Shown: piece by piece, positions 11,761 through 25,017 of the stretch
Layout of the letters: each line of letters starts with the position of its first letter
How positions within the stretch are numbered: the first letter of the stretch is position 1
Source of the DNA: Chiloscyllium plagiosum
Lineage: Eukaryota
Reading direction: 5' to 3'
NCBI RefSeq assembly: GCF_004010195.1
Contig: NC_057718.1
Coordinates: 101,884,197 to 101,948,196 of the forward strand
DNA: 64,000 nucleotides
Made by a program: the position numbers and the translations under genes
The notes under the pieces: model-generated
Databases searched by the model: none
What the model was told of the DNA's origin: nothing
The model's input: only the letters and a program-made list of their open reading frames with translations

Positions 11761-12961
11761 ATCATTTTCTTGATGCTTTTAGTTTGTGAGGTATTTTTGT
11801 ATTTAGCTTCAGTGTTAGCACATGAAAGCAGTACATAGTGACATTCAAAGAATTTTTAAATGCAAGAATTGATGGATCTAATGTGATAATGTAAAATGCC
11901 TGACCTTCAGCATTTTAGGAGGTTTTAAAGCCCTTTTAAGAGAAAAAAATTTACCACTGGACTGCTTCAATGACATATGTTTTGGGGCCCAGAGACAAAA
12001 CCATTTTATTTTGAAGAAACTTAGTTCAATATGATGCTTTGATGGAACAGAAAGATATTCCTGCAGAAATTACAAGCTGTAATGAAGTAACAGCACAGAA
12101 TTTGCAGTACCAGAGCAAGACTCATAGCACTAACCATTACTTCTGATGAAATTGGACAGCAGCAGAGGAAATCCACACACGTACAGCTAAAAGCTGAAAC
12201 CCAGAAGGTGCTTTGTGTGATATACTTACAGGCTGCAGTGTTGCAATCTTCACCGGGACAATCTGCATGCAGAGATCACTGTGCTGTGTGAACGTAGACT
12301 AATTACCCACCACTTTCAGAATAAAGTCAGAGGTTAGACCATGTTGTGTCAGGAATAACTAAGTTTTTTGCCAGTGCAATAAGAGCTAATTATCACCGAG
12401 TAACATCTCTGGCCCTGGAAATGCTAACTTTGCCAAATTGGAGTCTCATTCATCCGAAGAAAATAATATCGCAGAATTTTAAAATAATTAAAATGTAAAT
12501 GATTTTTAAATAGCTTTTCTGTTTTTCTCATTCACATCTGTCCATTTAAGTCAATTTTAATGGTAATTTAAATGCCATTTATATTCCTTTTTTTTAAGCT
12601 TCCAGCATTCCAGCCTACATTCCTCAATGAGAATTCTTCAAAGTTGATGAGCCTATCTGCTACATCGCTTTAATCACAGAAACCACAGACCCTCTGGGTA
12701 AGGTGCCTTCTTCATACAGATGTTGGGAAGTGTCTCTTTGCAAATCCCAAAATAACCTGTCAGCATTGGTACATCACTTGGACTTTGACAACAGTTCACT
12801 GCAAAATCCAGATTTTCGTACTGTTAACAAAAGATTAGCTCAATTGTCAGAGATTTTAAACAAATTATTCACTTCTCATTATTTTCTGGCTTAAGTTGAA
12901 TTAAAAACAATGGAGATATATGTGCACGTGTGTTATACATAGGATAATACATGGGATAATG

Positions 12962-13308
12962 AGGTGGCACAGTGGCTCAGTGGTTAGCACTGCTTTCCCA
13001 CAGCACTCAGGCCCGCTGATAAATTCAGCCTTCGGACAACTGTCTGTATGGTGTTTGTACATTCTCATTGTGCCGATGTAGGTTTCCTCCAGGCGATGTA
13101 GTTTCCTCCCCCACTTCAAAGATGTGCAGGTTAGGTGGATTGGCCATGCTAAATTGACCACAGTGTCCAGGTAAATGCAGATTAGGTGAATTAGCCATGG
13201 GAAATGTAAGTTTACAGGGACGGGGTGGGCCTGGGTGAGATGCTGCTCGGAGAGTCAGTACGGAGTTGATGGGCTGAACTGCCTGCTTCCAAACTGTCGG
13301 GATTCTAA
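12962..13308 (+). mobile_element. HE1-type SINE
   Basis: A box and conserved core; B box degenerate. Confidence 0.85.
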
Positions 13309-13565
13309 AGATTCATAACTGTAATTGAACATAGAACAACTCCTGTTTAGTGAGGAAAAGCTGGAATTTCAACATTGGGTGTCAAATGTAAATATGTTTA
13401 ACGATACTGGTCAGGTACGTTGTACTGCAGGCCTGGAGTAGGTGGGATTCGAACCCAGACCTTCTCAACCATGAAAGTAGGGATGCCACCACTACACCAC
13501 TAGAAGAATACCTGATGTATTTTTCCAGAAATAAAAGTTCAAGGCAGGTCTTTAAAATTGGAATC

Positions 13566-13655
13566 AAAACAGAAATTGCTGCAGAAACTCAGCCAGATCT
13601 GGCAGCACCTGTGGTCAGAAAGCAGAGTTAATGTTTTGAGGCCTGTGACCCTTAG
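13566..13655 (-). mobile_element. Family 3 short element (cagatgctgccagacctgctgag type), degenerate
   Basis: Similar to copies near 28800, 34790, 45553, 49560, 57270 and 60725. Confidence 0.65.
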
Positions 13656-13884
13656 ATCTGTACTGCTGCTGCCCATGCATCAACTTCCAACATCTGACAC
13701 TACACTCTATGGTTGAGGTATAGAATCTAGCTAAGTAATTGTTCAGATTACTGAGTCTGCCCATGTCTGTATATCTGAAATGATGGGTAGTCCATTTTTA
13801 CTTATGAGATAATCTTACTTTCCTGCCTTATCATAGAATTATGGAATGATGCTGTACAAAAGGAGAGCATTCAGCCTCATTTTA

Positions 13885-14690
13885 TACTCATTCGTGGGAC
13901 ATGGGAATTGCTGGCTAAGCCCAGCATTTATTGCCCATCTCTGATTGCCCCTTGAGAAGGTGGTGGTGAGCTGCCTTCTTGAACCGCTGCAGTCCATGTG
14001 GTGGGGTAGGGATTTTGACCCAGTGACAGTGAAGGAACCGTGATATATTTCGAAGTCTTAGGTGGTTAGTAGTTTGGAGGGGAACTTGCATTCGGTGGTG
14101 ATCATAGAATCACAGAATATTACAGTACAAAAGGAGACCATTTGGTTCATCAAACATCTGGCAGCTATTTCAAAGACTAATCTGGTTAGTCCCGCTCTGT
14201 GGCTCATTCCCCATTTCCCTGTAACTTTCTTCTCCTGCAGGTATTCGTTCTAATTCCCTTTTGAAGGAGACTGTGGAGTCAGTAGCCACCACCCTATCAT
14301 TTCCCAAATCCTGACCACTCATTCCATAACAAACCGTTCTCCCACGTTCCCTTGGGTTCCTTTGTCAATCACCTTTAATCTGTATCGCTGCTTAGCGATG
14401 CGTCAGTCAGAGTCTGTATCGACTCTCACCGATCTATCCCCGGTGCAACTGAGCAGTTGAAGGTGCTGGTTTTAAGCTCCAGTCTCTATTGACTTGTGGT
14501 TTCAAATCCCACTGCTATCACAGTTACAGATAATGTACCCCATGAGGACACCTCAAGGGTGGAGTTGGTTAATTTTCTACCCACAACACAGGGACTGCAG
14601 CAGTTCAAAAAGGCAGCTCACCACCACCTTCTCAAGGGCAACTGGGGACAGGCAGTAAATACTCAGCCAGCCAGTGAATGAAAAATAAAC
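13885..14690. mobile_element. Cluster of LINE (L2/CR1-group) 3' end fragments
   Basis: gcatttattgccc..gagaaggtggtggtgagctgcc repeat on minus; LQQFKKAAHHHLLKGN on plus (about 14570-14690). Confidence 0.6.
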
Positions 14691-15029
14691 CTGTCATCTT
14701 CCAAGTCTGGCACTGTGTTATTATAATCACTGCATCAGTTACTAAGGGCCCTGAGCTCTGGGAATCTCCCTCTGAACCTCTCCAGCTTTCTCTACTCCTT
14801 TAAGATGCTCCTTAAAACCTACCTACATTTGATGACTGACATTGCAACTGTTCAAAAAGTATTGGTTGTGAAGTACTTTGAGTCATCTGGTGTTAATGCT
14901 AAATGCCATACAAACTGAATTTGTTTCTTTCCTTCTTTTGCCCATCCCTTCCTTCTTTCTGTCTTGCTGTCTTGATCATTTTTTGTGCAATTGGGTATTA
15001 TGCCCAAATTTTTGACAGTAGCAATGCAA

Positions 15030-15372
15030 TCACTGTTTACATATCACCACTAGTTTAGTTGCCTGAACCCCCCCCCCCTTCTGTAAACGTAGCTGTGCAG
15101 TCTCAAGACATTGTTGTAGTTCTTCCAAGCCGAGAAGGGACTAACCTCTACCGCTTTTAATTATCGTAAATATTTATTACAGAGGAGTGACTTGGGTAAA
15201 CACAACCGTTAGCGTTCCTTTCCCTCCCACTGTCTGAGACAAGTCTGTAAATTTCACCGTCTGAAAGAACATTGGCGGCAAATGTTTACCCAGATGTTTG
15301 ATGGTAAGGAAAAGTGATCGCAGCAAGGAGAGACTATTCCAAGCTGTTCTGAAGCCCGGAAGGAGAAAGAAA
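15030..15372 (+). promoter_or_regulatory. Putative OTOR proximal promoter/5' UTR
   Basis: Unique sequence directly upstream of exon 1 with four forkhead-type motifs (15034-15040, 15166-15172, 15196-15202, 15282-15288). Confidence 0.45.
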
Positions 15373-15517
15373 ATGTTTGCAATCAGTAAAATTAAATTGG
15401 CACGGTTTGCCTGTCATCTATTTCCATTTTTGCTGCTTGGATTAACACAAGATGTGAAAGCAGATTTCATGGACAAACTGGCAAAGAGGAAAGTCTGTGC
15501 TGACAAGGATTGTATTT
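15373..15517 (+). CDS. OTOR: Otoraplin (MIA family SH3-like secreted protein), exon 1
   Basis: MFAISKIKLARFACHLFPFLLLGLTQDVKADFMDKLAKRKVCADKDCI: signal peptide plus the FMD(K/R)LA..K.CAD..C motif; phase-1 donor GTAAGT at 15518; an alternative in-frame ATG exists at 15301. Confidence 0.9.
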
Positions 15518-15797
15518 GTAAGTAGATTTTCTACATTTTTCAGTAAAAAAAGGTTTCCCCGATATAAGCATGTCACTGTTCATATTCAGCAGTGATTGAA
15601 AAATAGGTATTATTTCATGATAGTCTCACATTGAAATCTAGCTGTTACTATCCTTGGAACAATAAAAACTCACTTCCCTGGGATAGCTGCAGTAGGTTTA
15701 ACTTAGTGCCTTCACCAATGCTGTTGGTCCTGCACAGTTAGGAGTGAACACATATTGAACCAAATCTTCTCAATGTCCTTGACCCTGAATCATCATG

Positions 15798-15942
15798 ATT
15801 TGGAGGTGCTGGTGTTGGACTGGGGTCTACAAGATTAAAAATCACACAACACCACCTCCTTCATCAGAACGGCGCTTTGAAAGCTAGTCCTTCCAGACAA
15901 ACCTGTTGGACTATTACCTGGTGCTGTGAGATTTTTAACTGA
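15798..15942. mobile_element. Penelope-derived inverted element (family 2), degenerate
   Basis: ggtgttggactggg..aaaaatcacacaac and gaaagctag..gttggactat..cctggtg arms as at 25021-25212. Confidence 0.7.
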
Positions 15943-16065
15943 ATCATCACAGTCACTCAGTGAGGCAAGTGGCAGTATGATTTCATCAGGTGAGCCCTTC
16001 ACATTCCCTGCTGGTCTTTCAGCATCGTTACCTCATGCCAAGCTTCAGAATAACCTTTTTTTTAA

Positions 16066-16381
16066 TAGAATCTCCACAGTGTGAAAGCAGGCCTTTAGGC
16101 CCATCAAGTCCACATCGATCCTCTGAAGGGCATCCCACCCAAACCCAACCCCTGCCCTGCACTTCCCATGGCTAACCCACCTAACATACACACCCCTGGA
16201 TACTATGGGGCAATTTAGAATGGCCAATCCTCCCTAACCTGCACATCTTTGGACAATGGGAGGAAATCCACAGAGACACGGAGAATGTGCGAAATCCACA
16301 CAGACAGTCACCCGAGTGTGGAATTGAATCCATTTCCCTGGCGCTGTGAGGCAGCAGAGCTAACCACTGAGCCACTGTGCA
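16066..16381 (-). mobile_element. HE1-type SINE
   Basis: Reverse-complement A/B boxes at 16320-16380 and conserved core. Confidence 0.88.
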
Positions 16382-16791
16382 GTTCTGGCTTCTGCAAAGC
16401 ACCAAAAGAAATGTGAACTTACCCAACAATTCTCTATGCAGATCTGAATCTCACTCTGGCCTCGCTTGCCAATGTTTGGAAATCAAAAAGTCAGGCTTGA
16501 GGGATTTGACTTTTCAATTGCTTTTGTTTTCTTATTTCAAAAACATACTTTATTCATAAAAATATCTTTATATACATATATAGTCTCAAAAGCAGTTTGG
16601 TTCTGTACAGTAATCTAAGAAGAAACAAACTAACATTGGAGTTTGACTCAAAGAAAATTCTGTTTGAAACAAACAAATCCAATTTTGTACATGTACAACT
16701 GTAGCAAAAACCACTGCATTTCTCTGTGTACGTCCCTTGCAAAGGCACATTCTTCACGTTGTCTTCATTAATGTTTTAAAAAGACAGTAGC

Positions 16792-19700
16792 GGGAGATTC
16801 AAGATGGCAGCAACCCAGCAAGTCTGAGTCTGTAGTGCTCTGAGTTGAAAATGTGTTGCTGGAAAAGCGCAGCAGGTCAGGCAGCATCCAAGGAACAGGA
16901 GAATCGACGTTTTGGGCATAAGCCCTTCTTCAGGAATCAGCAATCAGGGCCGTCGAAAAAATATTCCCGAACGGGAAGGGGAAGGCCAGCTGGCAGGTTT
17001 TTCTTGGAGCAATAGCTCCCTGAAATATTAAAGCTGGAGAACAGGATCAGGCCAGGTACGGGTAGAGTGTGCCCACCTGGAGAACAGGATCAGGCCAGGT
17101 ACGGGTAGAATGTGCCCACCTGATCGCTATATGCAGGCCCAGGTCGGACCAGCACCCCCAGCTGGTCCTGTTCCGGCTCCAATGCTACAGAGAGGAACAG
17201 ATGCTCCTGGAAGCCTCTAGAATCCTGGGGAAGGATCCCCAGGCCATGGTGTACAAGGGCTCTAGGATTATGCTGTTCCAGGATTTTTCTCCAGCCATGG
17301 TCCGCAAAAGGAGGGCATTTGATGAGGTGAAGAAATGTCTGAGAGACTTAAACATCCAATATTCCTTGCATTACCCAGCAACGCTGCGCTTCAGCCATGA
17401 AGGATACGTTTATAAATTTGGATCGCCGGAGAAGGCTAAAGAATTTTTGGACTCTCTTAAATAGACTGTAAGAATTAAACCGTATGGCTAATGATGCTAT
17501 TTTGCACCCCCCCCCCAGTTTACCTTTTCTTTCTCTTTTCATCATCTTTATTATTTAATATCGTCTCCCAGGGGGGCAGGGAGGGGGGGCTTATTTGTTA
17601 TCCACTATGTGATTTCATTTTTTTTTACAAGCTGGGCTGCTTAGTTGATTCATGTTGGGGGGGGGGGGGGGGTGGGTTGCATTTGCTTTGTCCTACCTCA
17701 ATTTCTTTTTAGACCAGGGGTTCTTTTTTGTTCTGTTATTATACTTATCTATTACTTGCTGGGATTGTAACTTTATAGTTTTATATGTTTATACTTTGTA
17801 ATATCTTTACTAAACGGATCTAAGTGTTGGTGTGGGTGGGGGGATGGGGCACTCACTTTTAACTTTGGTTTTATAATACACTTGAATTTGTTTATTATGG
17901 GGTGCCTGAGTTGAGGGCGGGGCACTGGCTGGGAGAGGATAAGGTGGGTTTACTGACAGGTAGTGATGCCCCCTGGGAGCAAGGAGGAAAATCTCCTTTT
18001 AAATATGTTTTATATTTTTCTTATTTAGAAATAGTTTTTAATTATATTGGCGTTAACGTATTAAAGAATTTCTACTTTTGTGAATTTTCTACGGTCTGTG
18101 CTTGGTGTTCTTCCTCCTGGGGGGGTCTCGGACTTGCCTGGTGCACCTGGAATGTCAAGGGGATTAATTCCCCAATCAAAAGAAAGAAAATACTGTCAAG
18201 CCTCAAAAAGAAAGGGTTGATATAGCTCTCTTACAGGAGACACACTTCTGGATAAAGAGCACTTAAAATTACAACAAGGAGGATTCGATCAGGCCTTCTT
18301 TTCATCTTTTAATTCAAAAAGTAGGGGAGTAGTCATTCTCATTCAGAAGAAGCTTCCTTTCAAAATCTTAAGTCAGATAAAAGATGAATCTGGATGGTAT
18401 ATACTGATCAAAGCCCTCATAAATGGAGAGGAGTATGGAATTTTGAATCTTTATTGTCCCCTGGCACACCCCTTCAAATTTATAACGGAAGTGTTCTCCA
18501 AACTGATGGCTTTTGAAGTTCGTCATACAATTATAGGAGGAGATTTTATTTGTACTATGGACCCAGAGATAGACAGGATACCCAAGAGTACTGCGGGTAT
18601 ATCTCTTAGATCCAGACAATTGGCAGATTTGAATAAGTAGGAAGTAGGGTTAGTAAATGTGTGGAGGTGCCTTCATCCGCAGAGCAGAGACTTTACTTTC
18701 TACTCTAATCCACATAAGTGTCATAATAGAATTGATATGTTTTTTGCTCCTTCAACATTTTTAAACTCCGTATTATCCTGCAAAATAGGTAATATAATAA
18801 TCTCTGATCATGCTGCAGTATATATGGAAGTTAAGACTAGGGACGATGAGACAAGCCACCGACATTGGTGTAAGGATTCCTTCTTAATGAAGGATAGCAA
18901 ATTCGTAAAATATTTCTCTCAAGAATTGGAAATTAACTCAGGCACGGCCAGTAACCCGTCGGTGATGTGGGAGACCATTAAGGCTTATGCGAGAGGTCTC
19001 ATTATTTCATAATCAGTGACACAGAAAAAACAAAAGGGAGAACAACAGCATCTGCTCGAGGCTCGCTTGAAGGCAGCTGGGACAGCATATGTTGACAGGC
19101 CCTCTATTACTAAGCTACAAAGGATCACAGCCCTTAGGGAGCCTTGAATACCGCACTTACCCAAACGGCAAAGAGGGAAATATTATTTGCAAAGCAAAGA
19201 CTATATGAATACGGCAATAAGCCTGTTAGATACCTAGCATATCTCGCAAGGAAAAAAAAGGCCCCTCATGCTATCACGTCCATTAGGGAAAGTGCTAGTA
19301 CTCTGACTCATGACCGCAAAAGGATCAATACGGCCTTCAGAAAGTTTTATTCTGATCTGTATAAATCACAGGATTGTGAAGAGAGATCTAAGAAGATGGA
19401 GTCCTTTTTTAAAAGCCTGGCCTTTCCAGACTTAACCCCGGAACAGGTGTCGATCCTGAATGCTCCCCTGACAACCCAGGAAGTACTTGATGCAATCAGG
19501 CAGCTTCAGAGCGGTAAAGCACCTGGCCCAGATGGATTCCAGGCTGAATTCTACAAAGAGTTTATAGGGGTACTGGCTGGCCCACTCATAGACATGTACA
19601 ATGATTCATATAGTCAGGGCTGCCTCCCGCCTTTGATGAGAGAAGCAAATATTTCTCTCATTCTTAAAAAAGGAAAGGCCCCAGAAAATTGCACATCATA

Positions 19701-22261
19701 CAGACCAATATCTTTGCTAAATGTAGATTTTAAAATTCTTTCTAAAACATTAGCATTTAGGCTGGAGAGGGTTTTACCATACATCATAAAAGAGGATCAG
19801 ATGGGATTTATCAAGGGCTGTAGATCATCTAATAATATTAGAAGGGTTTTAAATGTGATTCAAGTCTGTCATCAGGAAAGAATACCGGGAATAGTAGTCT
19901 CTTTAGTTGCGAAGAAGGCATTCGATCGGGTTGAATGGTCATATCTGATTTACACACTGGAAAAGTTCGGTGTCGGACAGGTATTCGCTAAATGGGTCTC
20001 AATATTGTACAATGACCCCAAAGCAGTCGTGATTACTAATGGTTTAGGCTCAGATAGCTTCAGTGTAGGTAGGCGCTGTCGTCAGGGATGTCCTCTCTCA
20101 CCGTTATTATTCACACTAATAATTGAATCACTAGTGGAAGCTATACGGGCCGATTCTAATATAATGGCTCCGAGGGTTGGTTCGGGTAAACATAAAATTA
20201 CCCTTTATGCAGACGATGTTCTCCTTTTTCTTAGTGATCCTTTGATATCCGTGCCCCGCCTGATCCAAATAATCAATTTATTTAGTGCGTTCTCAGGTTA
20301 CAAAATCGGAGGCCATGCCGATGGGTGGTCTCGCTAGTATGTCCAATTTATTGGAAGGGTCTTGCTTACCCTTACTGTGGTCTCTGGAAGGTTTTTTATA
20401 TTTAGGTATTTTTATCACCTCAGTATTTGCTCAGCTGTATAAAGCCAATTTTGTGCACCGATGAGAGAGGATAAGGCAGGACCTTCAACGCTGGGGGAGA
20501 TCTCCCGATATCTTGGTTAGGCAGAATAGCTCTAATTAAAATGAATATTTTGCCTTGTCTCCTATACCCTATGAGAATGCTCCCTGTAATGTTGCAGAGG
20601 CCGGCATTGCATAAACTATACAGTTGGCTTGGTTCTTTTATTTGGAATCATAGACGGCCCCTTATTAAATTAAAGAAGCTGCAGCTTCCACAAGCAAGGG
20701 GAGGGCTGAATTTTCCAGACTTTAGGAAGTACCAGCTGAATTCTCTATTAAGCTACGTAGCCGACTGGGTCTCGTCTGACCCACAATAAATTTGGCTGGA
20801 CATTGAGGATTCTCAAGCAAAGTGTCCTCTCATTAATCTCTTATTTTTAGATAAGATGAAAGTTATTATGGACCATTGTAAAAACCCTATTGTATTAAAT
20901 ACAATTAAAGCTTGGAAGATAATGCAGCAGACAAGGGCAATTCACAAGAAATCTCTCCTTATACTCTTATAGTGAGAGCATGGAATTTTCAACCGGGATA
21001 CACAGACGCTACATTTAAAACCTGGAGGTCCAGGGGTATTTCTTGCTTAGGGGATCTGTTCGATGTTGTCTTTTGAACAGCTGCACCAGAAGTTTGGACT
21101 GCCTAATGGAGACCTTTTTCGATATTTCCAAATTCGAGATTATATACAGAAGAAGACCACATTATTGGATAGCTCTTATAAATCGGATAGGGAAAGAAGA
21201 GTGTTATGGCCAATGGGTCCACCCTCGGTCAGCTGAATTATTCTATAAAATATGACAACCCTTCCTGAACTATCACTCATTACAGAACGAAGTTTAGGAA
21301 GACATGGAACAATTGTTTAAAACATAGAATCAGGAATTGGGGTTGGAAATCCCTTCAGAAATGTGGGACGACATCTGGGAAAATGCCAGAAAGATCTCCA
21401 TTTGTAATAGAACCCAAGCTATTCAATTAAAGATACTCCATAGGACTCACATAGCACCGGAGCGATTGGCAAAATTTAGGGCAGGAGCATCTCCAATGTG
21501 TCCTAAATGTAAAATAGAAGTGGACACTCTCACACACTGCTTATGGACATGTCATAAGATCCACAAATACTGGATGAGAGTAGCAAATGCTCTGACAGAA
21601 ATCTTGGGAGCGGAAATTGGAGTAGATCCAGTATCTCTTCTCCTGGGCTTTTTGAGCCTGCCCTCCCTAGATGTGCACGGGAGGAAATTATTCTCCAATC
21701 TCTCCTTTTTGTGCAAGGAAAAATATCTTAGTAAACTGGGTAGCTGAGGGCTCTCCAGGACTTTCGAATTGGCACAGGTTAATCATGGGATGTATTCCCC
21801 TCGACTTCCTTACAAATATGGTGCACCAAAAAAACTGAATTATTCTATAAAATATGACAACCCTTCCTGAACTATATAGATATTTTGGCCATATTGTCAA
21901 GGGCTTTTATCTAGTTGTGGTAGTGGTTCTGGCTGGCCTGGGGGCTCCCAGGGGGAGGAACCCCGTATGAATACAGGTTTTATTATGACTTGATGTTAAT
22001 TCATTCTGAGCATGTACTTCATTATTTAATTACTATGTTATCTTGTTTTTGAGTAATGTAAGATATTTTATCATATGCTTTGGTTATTTGTAGGTTAGAT
22101 TAGTACTTGAGTCTTTTTTTTCTTTTGTTGTGTTTTGGTTATTATTTATTTAATATTTAATTGTATATTAGTGTTTATATTTGTTTGTGTTATTTTGTAA
22201 GTTTGTAAAAAAAAGTTTTAAAAAATTTCCTTTTTCTTCAATAAAAATATCTATTAAAAAT
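16792..22261 (+). mobile_element. Near full-length decayed LINE-1 (L1 clade) element in OTOR intron 1
   Basis: 5' ggagattcaagatggc; ORF1 C-terminus (RIMLFQDFS..RKRRAF..YPATLR); ORF2 APE (TWNVKGINSPIKRKK, GGDF, SDH), RT (KAPGPDGF, YRPISLLN, RQGCPLSP, YADD), CCHC knuckle CPKC..HCLWTC; AATAAA and A-rich end; TSD agaca(g/a)tagc at 16782-16791 and 22262-22271 at a TT/AAAA site; many stops and frameshifts. Confidence 0.93.
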
Positions 22262-22371
22262 AGACAATAGCCATCCAACCCTGCTTTACCTCTACCCACA
22301 GAGTGACTGTGACAGGAACACAGCACATATTTATACCGACACAAAGACAGTGATAGTTACTCAGCACATAT

Positions 22372-23065
22372 TTATAAGAACATAAGAACTAGGAGCAGGA
22401 GTGGGCCGTCTGGCCCCTCGAGCCTGCTGCGCCATTCAATAAGATCATGGTTGATCTTTCTGTGGACTGAGCTCCACTTACCCGCACACTCACCATAACA
22501 CTTAATTCCTTCACTGTTCAAAGATCTATCGATCTTTGCCTTAAAAGCATTCAACAAGGTAGTCTCAACTGCTTCCCTGGGTGGGGAATTGTACAGATTC
22601 ACAACCCTCTGGGTGAAGAAGTTCCTCCTTAACTCAGCCCTAAATCCGCTGCTCCTTATTTTGACTCTTTGTCCTCTAGTTCTACTTTCACCTGCCAGTG
22701 GAGATGACCTCCCTCCTCCTATCTTATCTCCTCCCTTCATAATTTTATATGTTTCTATAAGGTCCCCCCTCATTCTTCTAAATTCCAGTGATTTTAGTCC
22801 CAGTCTACCCAATCTCTCCTCATAAGCCAACCCTCTCAATTTCAGAACGAACCGAGTGAACCTCCTCTGCACTCCCTCCAGTGCCTGTACATCCTTTCTC
22901 AGGTAGGGGGACTAAACCTGTACACAGTACTCCAGGTGTGGCCTCACCAGCACCCTACACAGCTGCAACATAACCTCTCTGCTTTAAACTCAATCCCTTT
23001 AGCAATGAAGGACAAAATTCCATTTGCCTTCCTAATAACCTGCTGCACCTGCAAACTAACCTTTT
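22372..23065 (-). mobile_element. CR1 3' fragment
   Basis: VQRRFTR..LAYEERLGRLGL..MRGDLIETYKIMKG; (TTCTTATG)n tail on minus. Confidence 0.9.
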
Positions 23066-25017
23066 GTCTAAAAGTTGAAATTGGAGGAAGGGTCATTTTG
23101 ATGGTATTAGGCAAGAACGTTCAAAAGCTGACTGGGGGCAGGTGTTCGCAGGTAAAGGGACGGCTAGAAAATGGGAAGCCTTCAGAAATGAGATGAGTCC
23201 AGAGACAGTATACTCCTGTTAAGGTGAAAGGAAAAGCTGGTAGGTATCGGGAATGCTGGATGACTAGAGAAACGGAGGTTTTGGTTAAAAAAAAAGGAAG
23301 CATATGTCATGTATAGACAGGAGAGATCGAGTGAATCCTTAGAGTATAAAGGCAGTAGGAGTATATTTAAGAAGGAAATCAGGAGGACAAAAAGAAGTAA
23401 GATAGCTTTTGCAAATAGGGTTAAGGAGAATGCAAAGAGTTTTTACAAATACATTAAGGACAAAAGGGTAACTAGGCAGAGAATAGGGCCCTTCAAAGAT
23501 CAGCAAGGTGGCCTTTGTGTGGAGCCTCAAGAGATGGGGGTGTTACTAAACAAATATTTTGCTTAGTGTTTACTGTGGAAAAGGACATAGAAGATATAGA
23601 ATGTAGGGAAATAGATGGTGACACCTTGAAAACTGTCCATATTACAGAGGAGGAAGTGCTGGATGTCTTGAAACTCATTAAGATGGATAAATCACCAGGA
23701 CCTGATCAGGTGTACCCTAGAACTCTGTGGGAAGCTAGGGAAGTGATTGTTGGGCCCCTTGCTGAGATATTTGTATCATCGATAGTCACAGGTGAGGTGC
23801 CGGAAGACTGGTGGTTGGCTAATGTGGTGCCACTATTTAAGAAGAGTGGTAAGGACAAGCCAGGGAACTATAGACCAGTGAGCCTAACTTCGGTGGTGGG
23901 CAAGTTGTTGGAGGGAATCCTGAAGGACAGAGTTTACACATATTTAGAAAGGCAAGGATTGATTAGGGATAGTCAGCATGACTTTGTGTGTGGGAAATCA
24001 TGTCTCACGAACCTGTTTTGTGTTTTTTGAAAAAGTAACAAAGAGGATTAATGAGGGCAGAGCGATGAACGTGATCCATATGGAGTCGAGAGTATGGTGC
24101 TGGAAAAGCACAGTAGGTCAGACAATGTCCGAGGAGCAGGAGAATCGATGTTTTGGGCAAAAGCCCTTAATCAGGAATGTCATGATCTATATGGACTTCA
24201 GTAATATGTTCAACAAGGTTCTCCATGGGAGACTGGTTAGTAAGGTTAGATCTCATGGAAAACAGGGAGAACTGTCCATTTGGATACAGAACTGGCTCGA
24301 GGGTGGTGGTGGAGGGTTGTTTTTCAGACTGGAGGCCTGTGTCCACTACTTTTTGTCATTTATATAAATGATTTGGATGTGAGCATAAGAGGTACAGTTA
24401 GTAAGTTTGCAGGTGACACCAAAATTGGACGTGTAGTGGACAGCAAAGAAGGTTACCTCAGATTACAACAGGATCTTGATCAGATGGGCCAATGGGCTGA
24501 GACAAGTCCAGATGGAGTTTTATTTAGATAAATGCAAGGTGCTGCATTTTCAAAAAAAAGAAATCAGAGTAGGATCTATACACTTAATGGTAAGGTCCGA
24601 GGGAGTGTTGCTGAACAAAGAGACCTAGGAGTGTAGGTTCATAGCTCTTTGAAAGTGGAGTCACAGGTAGATAGGATAGTGAAGAAGGCGTTTGGTATGA
24701 TTTCCTTTATTGGTCAGAGTATTGAGTACAGGAGTTGGGAGGTCATGTTGCGGCTGAACAGGACACTGGTTAGGCCACTGTTGGAATATTGCGTGCAATT
24801 CTGGTTTCCTTCCTATCGGAAGGATGTTGTGAAACTTGAAAGGATTTAGAAAAGATTTACAAGGATGTTGCCAAGGTTGGAGGATTTGAGCTACAGGGAG
24901 GGGCTGAAGAATCTGGGGCTGTTTTCCCTGGAACGTCGGAGGCTGAGGGGTGTTATTTAGGGTGTTATTGTAGAGGTTTATGAAATCATGAGGGATATGG
25001 ATAGAATAAATAGACAA

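Noticed and set aside
19144-20337. 397-aa RT ORF as an active or domesticated gene
   Set aside because: Part of an L1 with multiple stops and frameshifts on both sides, no ATG start, and a substituted motif Asp (SLVAKKAFD)
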